This document shows positions 48,601 through 60,674 of a stretch of 64,000 nucleotides of DNA, piece by piece (the first letter of the stretch is position 1; the number at the start of each line of letters is the position of its first letter). The notes beneath the pieces are model-generated. The model did not search any database, was not told the origin of the DNA, and saw nothing but the letters and a program-made list of their open reading frames with translations. The DNA is from Takakia lepidozioides (taxonomy: Eukaryota > Plantae > Bryophyta). The DNA is taken from positions 15,314,001-15,378,000 of the forward strand of contig CM060734.1 of NCBI GenBank assembly GCA_030704615.1, written 5' to 3'. The position numbers were made by a program, and so were the translations under genes.

Positions 48601-51600
48601 CTTGGTCTATGTCAAAGAAGTTGGACTTCTGTCCGTTAACAGTGACACAGTTTTTGGTGTGAGCATACAAGTTGTGGACAACTCTCCACATCTTTCCCTT
48701 GATCCCACAAGACCATAGGCGGAACCATAGGCCATCTCTCCACACTGTGTCATAAGCCTTTTTGACATCCAGGAAAAAGACATAAGTGGGTTTCCCTTCT
48801 TTTCTCCTTCCCTGGATAATCTGGCTTAGAGTGAAGATATGATCAACACATCCCCTGTTTTGCCGAAAGCCAGCTTGGCCTTCGTGGAAACAACCTCTAG
48901 ACTCCAGATCAACCTCGAGACGAGTACTTATAACTCTGCAGAATGTCTTGCCAACAGCATTGAGGAGCGTGATGCCACGGTAGTTCCCCGGTTCTTCTCT
49001 GTCACCCTTCTTGTATAGATTGACAATGACCCCCTGTCGCCAGCGAAAGGGGATCATTTCAGTCTTCTAGATAAGGTTAAAGAGGAGAACTAGGGCCTCT
49101 ATCATGGGATCGCCACCGTGCTTGATAAGCTTGTTGACAATACCATCAGGTCCACCAGCTTTATATCCATTTAAATGTTCAATTGCTTCCACAATCTCTG
49201 AAGAACTAATGGGAGCATTATAAGCCATTGAAATATACTCCAGTTCATCAGGGCTGTTTTGAATCATAGGAACAGTTTTTCCAACTGTGTCCCTCCATTT
49301 AGTAGAAGACCCATCACTGTTAGACCTAGAAGTTCTGCCAAGGATACTGTAGTGAGTTTCAAAGGTTTTGACAATGTCAACCGATGAAGTCACCACTGCA
49401 CCTTTAGTAGTCTTCAGCGCTTGTACTTGCTGACCCATGTAGGCATATTCTAAAGACGGAAAGGCCCCAAGCTTTCCAACTAAATCCAATGCACTACCTT
49501 ACCTGAAGCAAAGCGCTTCAGGTCGAAACAAACAAGGACACGAGGTCACAAGGCCGGCATTTAGTCACAGAGACATTAATGTACTCCCGTTTCAAGTCCA
49601 CCCAATGTCAATAGGCTTCCTAGAGGACAGGGAGAATGCCATCCTCTAAGAGTAAGATACAAATGACAAGATACCTCACTACCTGAATATATTGGCAATG
49701 TCATGAGACAGGCAGATTTACCAGACGTTCCTCAACACCGCTAAGGCCACTGCGTCCAGATCTCGAAGGGGCACCAACATGTCCCCGTGCATGCTTGCCA
49801 TTATCACGACTCTTTTGCCATTCGGGCGTGTTCCAATGCCTCACAAGTTCTGCCCAAGTCTTGTCCGCAACATAGTGGGGCTTAGGTTTGCCACGGGAGT
49901 ACACTTTTCTAAACAGTTTGATGCGCTGGTATTTAATGACGCCTCCAATCTCAGTTCGAAGTTGGGCGCCAGTTATCCCAGGAGGTAAATATTCCCAATC
50001 ATCTGCTAATAGTTCACCCACCTCGTCAATCAGACTTTGAGGTTGAAGATGGATGGGCACAGAACAGTCCAGCACACGTTGGCATTGCCCTCGCAGGGCT
50101 GCCAGCCAGTCATTCCGTGCATCCCCGCATGGGCCCTTTTTGCCACACGCAACTATGAATCTCTTTTGCCCAGCAGCAACATTTGCACAAGACGTTTCCT
50201 TCAACCCTCTCCGTGCTACTCTCCTCGCCTTGCGCAAAAAATTGGCTCTGTCCTTGCCAGTCAAATGTTGCGCATCTGGAGTAATATTGGAATCACGGGC
50301 CTCCTCTCCTCCCTCACAACCTGCAACATGGGGCCCTTCAGGCGGACATGAACCCTGCCACGCACCAACGTGGGGTGTGGGGTGGGCAGGAACATAACCT
50401 GTGCTTGGAGTTGGTGAGCTTGGGAATTGAAGAGGCCGCGAAGCGTTGCAATTGGGTGAAGCTATGGGCTGCCTGGAATAAGGGCCATGCAACGGCGCAG
50501 TATACATGGGGCTTCTGGGATACGTTGCCTGGGGAGGATGCGCAGGTGGGGGAGGGTTGGGGTGAGGGTACCACACACCTTCGTGGTAGTGCCCATGCTG
50601 AACAGGAGCATGTTGTGCTTCCCCAGTTTGCGGAAATGCCCCACACGGAACTGCACATGACCGGTTCTCCCCTGACGGGCTGTTTGCATTGTACGACTGA
50701 GAAAAGGGCGGGTGAATTTCAGGGGCGGCTGGAACATGAGCAGTCTGTTGTTCATACTGTGCATACCTCTCAATGCCAGGGGGATAAAACGCACCAGTGT
50801 TACGTGGAAAGGAGGGAGGGCCTCCTCCATCCGGGGTTGGTTGAGGACGTGGGGAGGGATGGTTGAAGACACCTGCCGGAGCAACTCCCTTCTTCTTTCT
50901 CACTGGATCCTGCAAATCAACATGTGGGAAAGAGTTATGTAGGAAGATAAAGCATGAACATCATGTAGGATACATCAACAAAAAACGCGCTCTATAATAT
51001 ACATACATTGAATGCAGCAGAAATCGCACCCAAAATGCATTTAGGTCTGATCCATTGAACACGCCAAACGTCACTGGGAAAGTCCTCCTTGTATGTTTCG
51101 ACCCTCTTTTGGGGTTCTTTGGGGAATCCCTTGTAGGCACAATCTGGCCCCGATGACCATCGTACATATCAATGAGAGTACAATATGATAATGGCTAATA
51201 ATGGCTTCACATATTATCAACATTTGACAATAGAGGGGGCAGGAAGATGGGGGAGGAAGAGTTGTGAGCGCCCCCTCTCGGACATGGCTGGCTGATGAGG
51301 CGGTGCTCTTGGGGGTTCCTCCTCTCCCACTACAATTTCTTTCTTGTTGCAACATGACACCACAATATGCAGCCCCCTACCTGTGCAGGTCCCTCCCTCC
51401 CACAACCCCCTTTGTGCTTTTTGGGTATTAAGACAGGCCATCACAAGTTTGAACCTCCTGTGAGGGAGTCAGCCATCTGCAGAGTTGCATTTCTCATGGC
51501 ACAAAATGGAAAAATGTATAGAAGACTTTAATAACAGATTTGGGTTCCAAGGAATAGACGGTAGATAAACCCTGTATCATGAGGTATAGAGGGCAAGAAA

Positions 51601-52459
51601 GTGGTGCTTCATCCTGCTAGTGGAAAATGGAAAAAACTGTTGGGACCAAAAGGAAAAACAAATAAGAAGATGCAAATCCTGCCACAAACCTAAGAAATCA
51701 GTACAGCAAATGCCCACTTACCTCTCGTGGAAGAGGAGCTGGCCGTTTTGGTGCCCTCGGAGCATGCGTTGCATTGGGAGGCTTGGTCAGTCCACATGCA
51801 CCACTGATGTAGTTCTCCAAATCTGATACCTTGTCCACATCATCTCCATCCTCGTCCTCCTCTATGTCCTCGTGCATTTCCTCCTCCGAATTGTCGTCAT
51901 CATCTATGTTGTAATCCTCATCGAGCTCCTGATCACGCTCGTCGAGTTCCTCTGCCTCAGAGCCCACCGACTGGGGAGTCTCGGGCTCTTCCTCCGCCAT
52001 TGAAGGTAATGCTAGTTCTTTCAAGTGCCCACTTCGTCGAGGAGGCCCGTTCCACACAACTTTGGAGCTCCTAGTCGGCCGTTGTACACTCCTAGCTATG
52101 CTGCGCACACATTTCCAAAACCCTGTGTGAATCTTGCCCTAAACAAAAGGCGATCGTGAAAGTGCCATCACCATGAAACCTATGGGAGGGAAAAGCAGTA
52201 GGCTAATGTGGTGGGAAACCCCTACTCACTACCTGTGTAGCATGCATACTAAGGACAAGGGTGATCTGCTCACCTGCGCAACGCTCCCAATGTTCAGCTG
52301 AGCCAACGTCTCCTTGTTGGCCGCTATGCGCCTCTCTCGCTCTTCCTCGTAGGCAGTGCGTGGAGGGGTGTCGGGTGTAGAGGCCTTGCATGTCCGTGCC
52401 ATGGCGGGTTCCTCCTCGTCGCTCAAATCGCAGTAATCGACCTCAAACAAGACTACCAT
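45633..52459 (-). CDS. Multi-exon CACTA accessory gene (TnpA/Ptta, Transposase_24-like)
   Basis: Largest exon about 49722-50909 with KPHYVADKTWAELVRHWNTPEWQKSRDNGKHARG...SGRSG; acidic N-terminal exons; several GT-AG boundaries. The exon set is approximate. Confidence 0.7.
47127..49636 (-). mobile_element. 5'-truncated LINE inserted in an intron of the CACTA gene
   Basis: 15-bp TSD TGCCATCCTCTAAGA at 47112-47126 and 49637-49651. Confidence 0.93.
47132..49489 (-). pseudogene. LINE ORF2: RT and C-terminal Cys/His motif, in three ORF pieces
   Basis: KAGGPDG, YKKGD...NYRGITLL, FLDVKKAYDTV, GVAQGCTLSPLLF, LMFADD, CPLCGQSEDNIHFLIHC. Confidence 0.95.
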
Positions 52460-52628
52460 GATCTACTGATCAAACAATAGAAGGAGCGCATGTAGGAAAC
52501 AAAGGGGAGGTGGACCCGCCATACGAATACTCCAATGCCTGCAAGCACAAACGTAGGTTCCCCACATCCGAGCACTCGCTGACTTCCCACTTCAAAAACT
52601 AGCCAAACCCAGGAGCGTTTCGTGGGGG

Positions 52629-53110
52629 ATGAGAGAGGCCGGAACTAGAAACACCCGGCGCCGCACTGCGGTGCCCCACACTGACGCAAGACTTTGGCAA
52701 ATCGAGGAACGACGTGCAACTAGACTGGGTATTTCAAAGATAATGTGTCCCTGCAATGACTGCCATGGGGGTCGACTCCAATTTGTGGAAACTGCCAAAT
52801 TGCATTTGCTTGCCAATGACCGAGATCCACTGTTGGGTTATCCCATGGTGAGTGACGTGCATCTCTCGCCTCACTTCTCGCAGACATAACTTAGGATGAA
52901 GCCCTTAGAATGGTAATGTTGAACGGCCCTCCACTGTACATGTACGGTGGACTACTGTTGGAAACTAGCACGGTCAATTTGGAGATTCCCTGTTTTATGC
53001 AACACGTTACATTTTGGACAAGACTATACTCTTATAGTTTGCAGGTGAACATGCAGGTGGAGAGTGTCGACTCCGAAGACGAAGACTTTGTGGAAGAACG
53101 AATGCACCTC
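52629..53110 (+). pseudogene. N-terminus of CACTA TnpD (transposase-associated domain), truncated
   Basis: IMCPCNDCHGGRLQFVETAKLHLLAND matches the CPCxxC...HL pattern; followed by a GT donor and an acidic exon. Confidence 0.72.
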
Positions 53111-53115
53111 AGATC

Positions 53116-54923
53116 TTTCACCTCGTGTTTGATCTTCTTCCCCTGCCAAATCCCTTAATCTTTCTTGCAAAGAAAAGGAAGGTGTAGTATCCAACTCTAA
53201 CTCTTCCGGTATGGGTGATGTACTCCCTGATCTCACTGGTGTGAGAGGTCCAGATGATTCCCCAATGTCTATTCCTCTCTCCCAAAGGTATGGATAATTA
53301 GCTTTCAGATAACTTTCTCTTTTTGCTGAATATCTCTGGAGTCTAGCTTCTCTTTCATCACTCATGTCCCATGTCCTTCATTTCTTTTAATGTGGCAATG
53401 ACCAAAACTCCCTTCTGTAGTATCTCTCGTATATGCCTGGGTTTCTCTCAAGCTTCAATGTTCCTCTGGATATACTAGAAGTCTCCGTTACCATATACCC
53501 ATATGGTAAACAAGTCTGAAAAGCTGTTCTTGGTGTGAGTTTGATCCACAAGATATCCTTTGGAATCTAGTTCTTTACCAGTACAAGTTCCTCATGCATA
53601 TGAGTATAAACATTCACCTTTCTTTCCTCCCAGCTGTCAAACTCTACTCGCTTAATGGATAGCAGGGCTATCACATAAACCGGTGTTGGTAACCAACGTG
53701 CTCTTCCTCTACAGGCCACCTGATAAATCTTTATCACTCCTTTCTCCAGACCCCATTCCGGGTCAGCATCATGCACTCTCTTAAGAATATTTTCTTTACA
53801 ACCGTCTGGCAATTCCAAGAACCTCTGAAAGAATTGTTTAGACAATCTTTCCTTCTTTGTTCCACAGGAAATTTGATTCACATCAAATTCTTTAATTCTC
53901 CAACCGCCATGATCCCACCAGATGCCTATCACATCAGATTGTTCATTACCCAGTTCCCCAGTATGGTCGCCAAATGTCGCGCGGCTTTTACTCACCCATC
54001 CCTTCGCTATCCGAGGGGGAAACTCCAAGATAGAAGAGTTGGATATCTCTAAGCACTCAGCCCGCGTAGAACAATCAGTCATGACCTGCAGCTAGTGAAT
54101 CATGGTTGGGTTTCCAATTTATATTCCTTCTGGTTTTCATATTCTCAGTTCTTCTTTACCAAGTACATTTAAGCGTCAGATTGCTCCTTTGACCCTCTGA
54201 TTCCATTCATACACAGCTTCACTCAAGTCTCTCTACACAAGGTGTTTGTATTGGATAAGAATTAGATTAATGATAATCAGATACATGTTGATGCCACAGT
54301 TTCTCTAATCTACCTTTCTATGTAATTCTACAGCTTCTACTAACTAAGTCGCAATTGTCTCCTCCTCCTCTCTGTAGTATCATCATCATTCCTCTTCTCT
54401 CCCCATCTTCCTCCGTCCGTCCTCCGTGATGTCCCCCCAGGATTCCCCAAGCAGTGATCCCTTTCCAGTCCCCGCTCCTGGCTTTATCTTCCTACCCGTT
54501 GTTCTAACCGTTTCCCTCACTAACCGTCATCCGTGAACTAACATGTTCCATTCGCAGATGTTGTTCCCCACAGTTGTTCCCTGTCCTGCTATCCGTTCCC
54601 TATGGTCGTGACAGCTGTGTCAAGCTGTGACTGGCTGTGTGAAACTGTGACGGGCTGTGACTGGCTGTGCGACTGTGTTAGGTTGTGTCGGGCTGTGTCG
54701 AGCTATGACTGGCTGTGCGACTGTGTCGGGCTGTGTCGGGCTGTGTCGAGCTGTGACTGGCTGTGTGACTGTGTCGGGCTGTGTCGAGCTGTGACTGGTT
54801 GTGCGACTGTGTCGGGCTGTGACTGGCTGTGTGGCTGTGACGGGCTGTGACTGGTTTATGTAAAAAATAAGGGTACCCCTTGGAACCCATAAAAGTGCCT
54901 AAGTCCCAGATAGTCCTCTAACA
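53116..54923 (-). mobile_element. Partial LTR retrotransposon C (5' LTR 53975-54923, PBS 53955-53972, upstream ORF, probable gag start at 53365)
   Basis: TGTTAG...CGACA-TT-TGGCGACCATACTGGGGA; LTR homologous to 35268-36237. Confidence 0.85.
54605..54855. repeat. ~10-bp tandem array (GGCTGTGACT / GGGCTGTGTC) inside LTR C
   Basis: Directly visible; reverse complement of the GTCACAGCC unit in the A1 leader. Confidence 0.9.
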
Positions 54924-57900
54924 TCGTCCACCATGACGGCTGCATGTCTCCACCAAAGTCTGCATGAAAGCTGGAGATTCTCCCGTGCACCTCTCCAAGG
55001 GACACCAATCGACCTTTTCATAGATCGACCCGAGTTGACGTAATTGAAGATAACATCATCCACCACAGGCTCGCAGGTGGGGTCAATGTGAGCTGCAAGG
55101 TCCCTCAACTGGAACTCAGCAACACCAGGAGGAAGAGTGTCCTTCCGCCTCACCAGGCACAAAGCTTCGAACACTCGAGTCTGTCAATAATCACGAAGAG
55201 AGCATGAGGCAAAAGACACAACCTACCTTTTGATTTACTGAAAAACCATGAAACTTTAATTGAAAGGAACCAACTCACTTTCTGCCCCGGGAACTCGCCC
55301 TTCGTAAAAGGCAGAGTATTGATGCATGTCCAAGTTTTGATGACACGAAACTCGGAAGCTTTCATGTAGCTGAAAAGAGTTCTTCGTGCCGACGTGTCCT
55401 TTGACTGCATGAGAAGAAGAGCCCCCGAGTCAGAAAGGAATTTGTTGCTGAATGAGAAAGCCCACTGCCAGTAACGAGAATCCGATTTGTTCCAAGTCGG
55501 GGTCGAATTGGAAGGGAACACATCAGGGACAGGAAAACCGTCAAGAATGTCCAGCACCACAAGGTCAGTCGCGTATGCCTGCTGAACTCCATTCACCCAA
55601 TCTGGACTTTTTGTGACCTTCAGCAAAAAACAGGAGACAGTGTAAGAAGCCAAATCCAAATCTAGCACGAGATCAACACCCTGGACAAGTCAGAACAAGT
55701 GGCCAAACCAAAATCACTCATACAATAGTTAAGACATATGTGCTTACCTGAGTGAGGAACGAAACAAGCATGTCCCATGATTTCGAGGGCACCCCTTTGA
55801 ATGTGGACTTCCTGGACTCCATCATTACAAGAAAACTTTCATTCAGCACCTGACGATTGAACTGTCCCAAAACCCTGGAGGGATGTTCTCTCGCCTTGAA
55901 AGGCTGCTCCCTCGACTTTGATGTTCTCCTATCCCTCCTAGTTGGAGAAGGCTGTCTTTCAGGGACCTCTGACGGTCCCTGTCCTTGAGGAGCTGCACTT
56001 TTCGCCTTCCCCTTTGGATCCCCGACAATCTTCCCCTTTCGTTTTGAAATAGCAGATTTCTCGGGCTCTTTTGCAGCCAGAGCAGAAATGATTCTATCCT
56101 GAATGTCTTTGTCAGCCAGTGGGGCAATTGCTGCGGCGTTGTCGTTCAGGTTTCTCAAAACAACTTCATCGAATGGTGTGTCTTGTTTTGGCAGGTCGAG
56201 GTACCACCCACAGTCTCTGAAGTGCGCCCTGCTCCAGTCTCTGGCAATACCAGCCGTGTACATTGTCTTGTCATTGGAGGGGTCAGCCCATGAGTAGATG
56301 AAGTCTGGGTCATCGCTAAGGTACTTTCCCGGTATGAGGACATGATACATGTACCTGAATCACACACACAAAATCCAGGCAGTCATTCGATCTGAAAATG
56401 AAACAGATCACACATCAGGAAAAGGATATTGAAATGCAGGAAAGCACCACGCAGAAATCACCTTTGCAGTCCCGAATCAACCTTGCGTTGACGCAATGTT
56501 GAATCGAGCAGAAATGGGAAACACAAAATGCGGTGAACTGTTCTTTGACAAGGGCAATTCAACATTGCTTCAACGCAAGGTTGTTTTCATTTACAGTGGA
56601 AATGGAAAACAGTGCTTGAAAACATCCTTTCGAATATCTACTGGTACGGATATTCAACATTGCGTTGGCGCAATGTTGATTTCCTCTGTTGAAACACATG
56701 TCCATGGTATCTGACAACCACAACTTTCCTACAATTGTATGGAAATCGGGGTATTGCTGCGGGACATTTCTAGCAATCCATACCACCAAACAACGTTGCG
56801 TCAACGCAAGTCTGTTTGATGGTACAGAATAAGCTCTAAATAGCATTTCAAACAGACTCCAAACAAACTTTATGTTCATCTTGGCAACATTGAAACTGGA
56901 AATGACAACAAATTATAGCCCAAAAACCCAGGTAAACCTACATAGCCTGGCCCTTCATCAACCTTGCGTTGACGCAAGGCTGATTTTCCTGTCAGTTTTT
57001 CACCTTTCACATGGAGAAAAATGGCATTATGGGAGACCCCACCTATAGGAAATTGAAACCAAAACAACGGGATACAAGCTTGCGTTAACGCAATGTTGCT
57101 CGATTGCACATCCAGAGCCCTCATAGCTCCATCATAACCTGCAAATTTGAGCTGCTATATAGAAAGTACAACACAAGAATGCAGAAACATGCCCTTCAAG
57201 TACCAAATTTGTTTCAAGGAGGTCACACCTGTACAACACTTGTTTCATTGCTTGCTCGTTGTTGTACTGGTTTTTGAATTCGTATGACCTGGAGATTCCT
57301 TTGTCTTTCTCAAACTCCCTGAAGAAGCACTTGTTCCAGACAGCGAGCTTCCATCTCTTGATGTAGGCCTCCAGTGTGATCCGGGGGCAAACCATCTGGA
57401 TTTTGTAGTCTGCCATGGACTCCCCAAGTGCAGCGACTGCACGTTTTTCTAACTGCAACAATAAAGCTCATAAGAATTCGCGAGACATTACGGAGCAACA
57501 CTACTTTCTGAAAATGGTTTTGTGGAAACCATACCTGGCTCCAGAATGTGGCTTTGTGTAGCCACTGGTCGAATGTGTGGTCGCTAACAACTTTTATTGC
57601 TTGTGTCTTCGAGTCCCTCTCAGGAGTTGGGAACATGTTGGTGTCTCTCACAAGTGGATCCGAATTCCAGATCTCCAACCACCTGATTTTGGTTGCATTG
57701 TCCACCATTGAAATGGAAAGGCGATGTAGTTTCTCTTGAGTCATTTCTGGCTTAGAGCCATACTTGTCATAATGTGCTTTCACCTGCTCCAGAAATTTCG
57801 TGCCAAGACCTGGATCTGCTATCCGGATTTGTTTGTCGAATGCACTCATGAGGTTCTTCCTTTTATTGTTCATCTCGAATTTCATCATGTCCTCAAGCCT

Positions 57901-59989
57901 AGTTGCAGACCTCTGCTCTTCAGTGTGGGAATCATAGTACTCAGCTTTCGCCTTCAAACCAGTTTCTGCTATTTCTTGCTGCATTCATAACAGGTAAAAG
58001 AATCAAACACTGGCGTTTCTTGACAAAATCTGCAGTAACAACAAGCAAACAGGTGTCAAGAAGCTTACAGTGTACATGTAGTCAAGAAAAGCCTCTCTTG
58101 TCAAGCTATACCATGTGCTTGTCTTCTTCTCAGCACACCTCTTCATCTGCTGAGGACTGAGCACGTTCGTGAATGAATCCAATGGCATCAGCCCTATCTT
58201 CTGGATGCGGAATAGAATGTGGCAGAGATTGGTCGTCACATGAGAGGTTTCATTGGACCTGGAAAAACCTTCAACTCATAAGTGGATTCCAAATTGTGGG
58301 AACTCGGAACAGACACAATGTTGGCAACTTACTTGTTTATGTCGTGCATGGCTATAAGGAGCTGTGTGACACGTCCTTTGTGGTCGAGAACCATGGAAAC
58401 CACGCTCCAGTGCCATTCGATGTCGTCCGTGTGCATGCTTGAAATGTAATCCATCCAGGCAAGCAGTCTCTGGTTCCCATCCCAGACAAAAAACATCTTT
58501 CCCATGAATGCTTTTGTAGAGGCCTTTTTGGACAGCTTAAACTGGAACTCCCTGTTTACATCCAGCCAGCATGCATCCCAACTTTGCTCAATGTCCTCCG
58601 TTACAAGACACTCCTCTCCTTTCGTGTTCATAGTGGATACGTAGAACACTGCAGATCCCTTGACATAGCCGTGAACAAAGTCGTTCTTCAACTTCGTGAT
58701 GTCATTCCTCAATGCTGGTCGAACAGCGGGCATGGAGATCATCCTGCAAAGCGGAATGACCAGGTTTCCGCCGGGAACCTCCATTGACAGAATCACCTTC
58801 AACGAGTTCATTTTTTGCCCACCCATAATCTCCTCGGCCTTGTCTTCATAGTGGCCCTCCAATGACTCTTCCTCAAAATCACCTTCTGACACTGCCGAAT
58901 CTTCCCCGACGGATTTCCTTTTTCTTTTCCTCTGCAAAGAATGAATATCCTGTGAGTGACAGATTGAGCTCCCATGGATCAACCTTGCCTTGACGCAAGG
59001 TTGATTGATGGGGATGTAGCTTAGTTTGAAAGGCATCCTGGAATTTCTTTTGAACCCAATATATGCTTTGCGTTGACGCAGGGTTCTTCAGGGAGCTTCA
59101 AATAATCAACTTTCCCTACCTTGCAGTTCATTGTACAAGAATTCGGCCTCTTGGAGTGAACAAAAGAGGCATCAAAATCAGCCTCGTGTCAACGCAAGGT
59201 TGATTCAAGTGCTGCATCTGCTTCGATTCACCTAAACCCTAAACATACACTCTGGAGGTCGGCATCAACCTTGCGTTGACGCAAGGTTGATTAGGAGCTC
59301 TCGATTTGGTGTTCAGCAAACAAAATATCTATTGGAAAAGTAGATTGCATTCTCTGCTTTCATCTTAGCAATTGATGATGCATCGGAAGCATTCATCTTC
59401 CCCAGCTCTGCATAGCTTGTTTGTAGTGCAGCTTTTGCACTATTTTCATGCCCACATCATATACTTAGGAGGTCGAAATCAACCTTGCGTCAACGCAAGG
59501 TTGAAGTCGACCTCTATGTTTAGCATGAAAAAGACAAAAACAGAAAAGGCAAAAGACAGTTCATAGCCACCTCCGGTTTCTTCTTTGCACTTGGTGATGC
59601 TCCTGAGGCATTCAACTTTTCCATGTGGTCTGGAGGTAGCATTCTTCCGAGGAGGTCCCGGTGGTGCGAAACAAGGGCGGACGGCAGAGTTTCCGCGTCC
59701 ATCTCTCCTCCCTGTTCCGAGACCTGGTTCTCCACTCGCAGTGCTTCCTCGAGCCCAGCTCAAGAGGTTGCTCTTTGGTCGCCTCCGGGATCACTTCAAG
59801 ACCTTCATCTCCAAACTGTGGTTGCAAAATCTTGTTTTGCCCTTCGTTCTCATCTCCGCCGGAGGTTTCTTCACCCATTCTAAGTTCCCGTCTCGCCTTC
59901 CTCATCCTCTCCTTAGCGCGTGCCCTTTGCTTCTTTGATGTGAAATAAAGTGTTCTTCGACGCTTGCTTCTCCCTCGAAGTGGGGTCAC
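54924..59989 (-). CDS. Spliced gene: ParB/Srx-like domain plus a C-terminal N6/N4-type (beta-class) methyltransferase-like domain; 3' end cut by LTR C
   Basis: GT-AG exons: about 59989-59571, 58931-58333, 58258 to about 58069, about 57979-57535, about 57451-57229, 56354-55748, 55680-55279 and 55180-54924. Motifs RMISMPAVRP, FFVWDGNQRLLAW, DLVVLDILDG, FLSDSGALLL, WRGARE(K)SPAFMQTLVETCSRHG. Confidence 0.72.
56477..57098. repeat. Six copies of the palindrome ATCAACCTTGCGTTGACGCAAGGTTGAT inside intron 56355-57228
   Basis: Copies start at 56477, 56559, 56654, 56791, 56957 and 57075. Confidence 0.92.
58978..59504. repeat. Five copies of the same palindrome inside intron 58932-59570
   Basis: Copies start at 58978, 59068, 59177, 59264 and 59478. 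Confidence 0.92.
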
Positions 59990-60674
59990 CGTCTCTGCAG
60001 AATCCAGGGTTGCAAGGACAATAAGGAAAAGAAGGAAAAAGAGGGCTAGGGGAGGGTCACCGCAAGGCCTTCAACGCCAAGATGATCGCTCGGAACAACC
60101 TGTTCGCCACATGCTCATTCCACATGCATGGCGAACACGTGCCCATCTAACCGTTATGAATATCTGCGGAAATCATTAGTTCCTCTTCCATCCAAAATTC
60201 GTTCGGGTATAAACTCCTCTCATCCAAAAAAGTTCATTATTGGGTAATATCTTTTGGGATGTTTCAGAGGAATGTCAAGTATGTACAGTTGTACAGTGGT
60301 GCAGATGCCGTTAAAATTGAATGGAAATGGGCATCTCTTCTGGACTCTCTGACATGACAGCCAAATGGCGGCTCTGTCAGTCAACCTCTCAACCAATGCA
60401 CTGTCGGGGCACCTGTGAAATAACAGTTGGATTCTTTCATTAGGGCTGACATTATGCACTCCGCAGTTGGGCACTCTGTCACCATCCGCTTGGTTCGCAC
60501 GGGGACACATTTCTTTGATGTGCCAACCCGCGTTAGGAGATCTGCAAGCAGGACCGATACCTGCAATTGTGTGTAAGGACGTCTTCTATGCAGCCAAAAA
60601 CTTTGCTCTAATACACTCTGCATTCAGAAGCACCATCGGACAGTGAACTCTGCGTTCAGAAGCAACATTGGCAG

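Larger units (their letters stand above)
44399..53115. mobile_element. CACTA element: TIR, subterminal repeats, spliced TnpA-like gene (minus) and start of TnpD (plus); right end lost
   Basis: CACTAGAAGAAAAAA at 44399 followed by TTCCACGG/CCGTGG/CCACGTGG repeats to about 45050, plus transposase motifs. Confidence 0.85.

Noticed and set aside
56559-57124. ORFs 56559-56879 and 56876-57124 as exons of the ParB-MTase gene
   Set aside because: Splicing 57229 to 56354 joins cleanly in phase (VLYR-YMYH), which makes this palindrome-bearing interval an intron.
56477-59504. CRISPR array (palindromic ~28-bp repeats with unique spacers)
   Set aside because: Spacers vary from about 55 to 190 bp, repeats are degenerate and lie in spliceosomal introns, and no cas genes are present.
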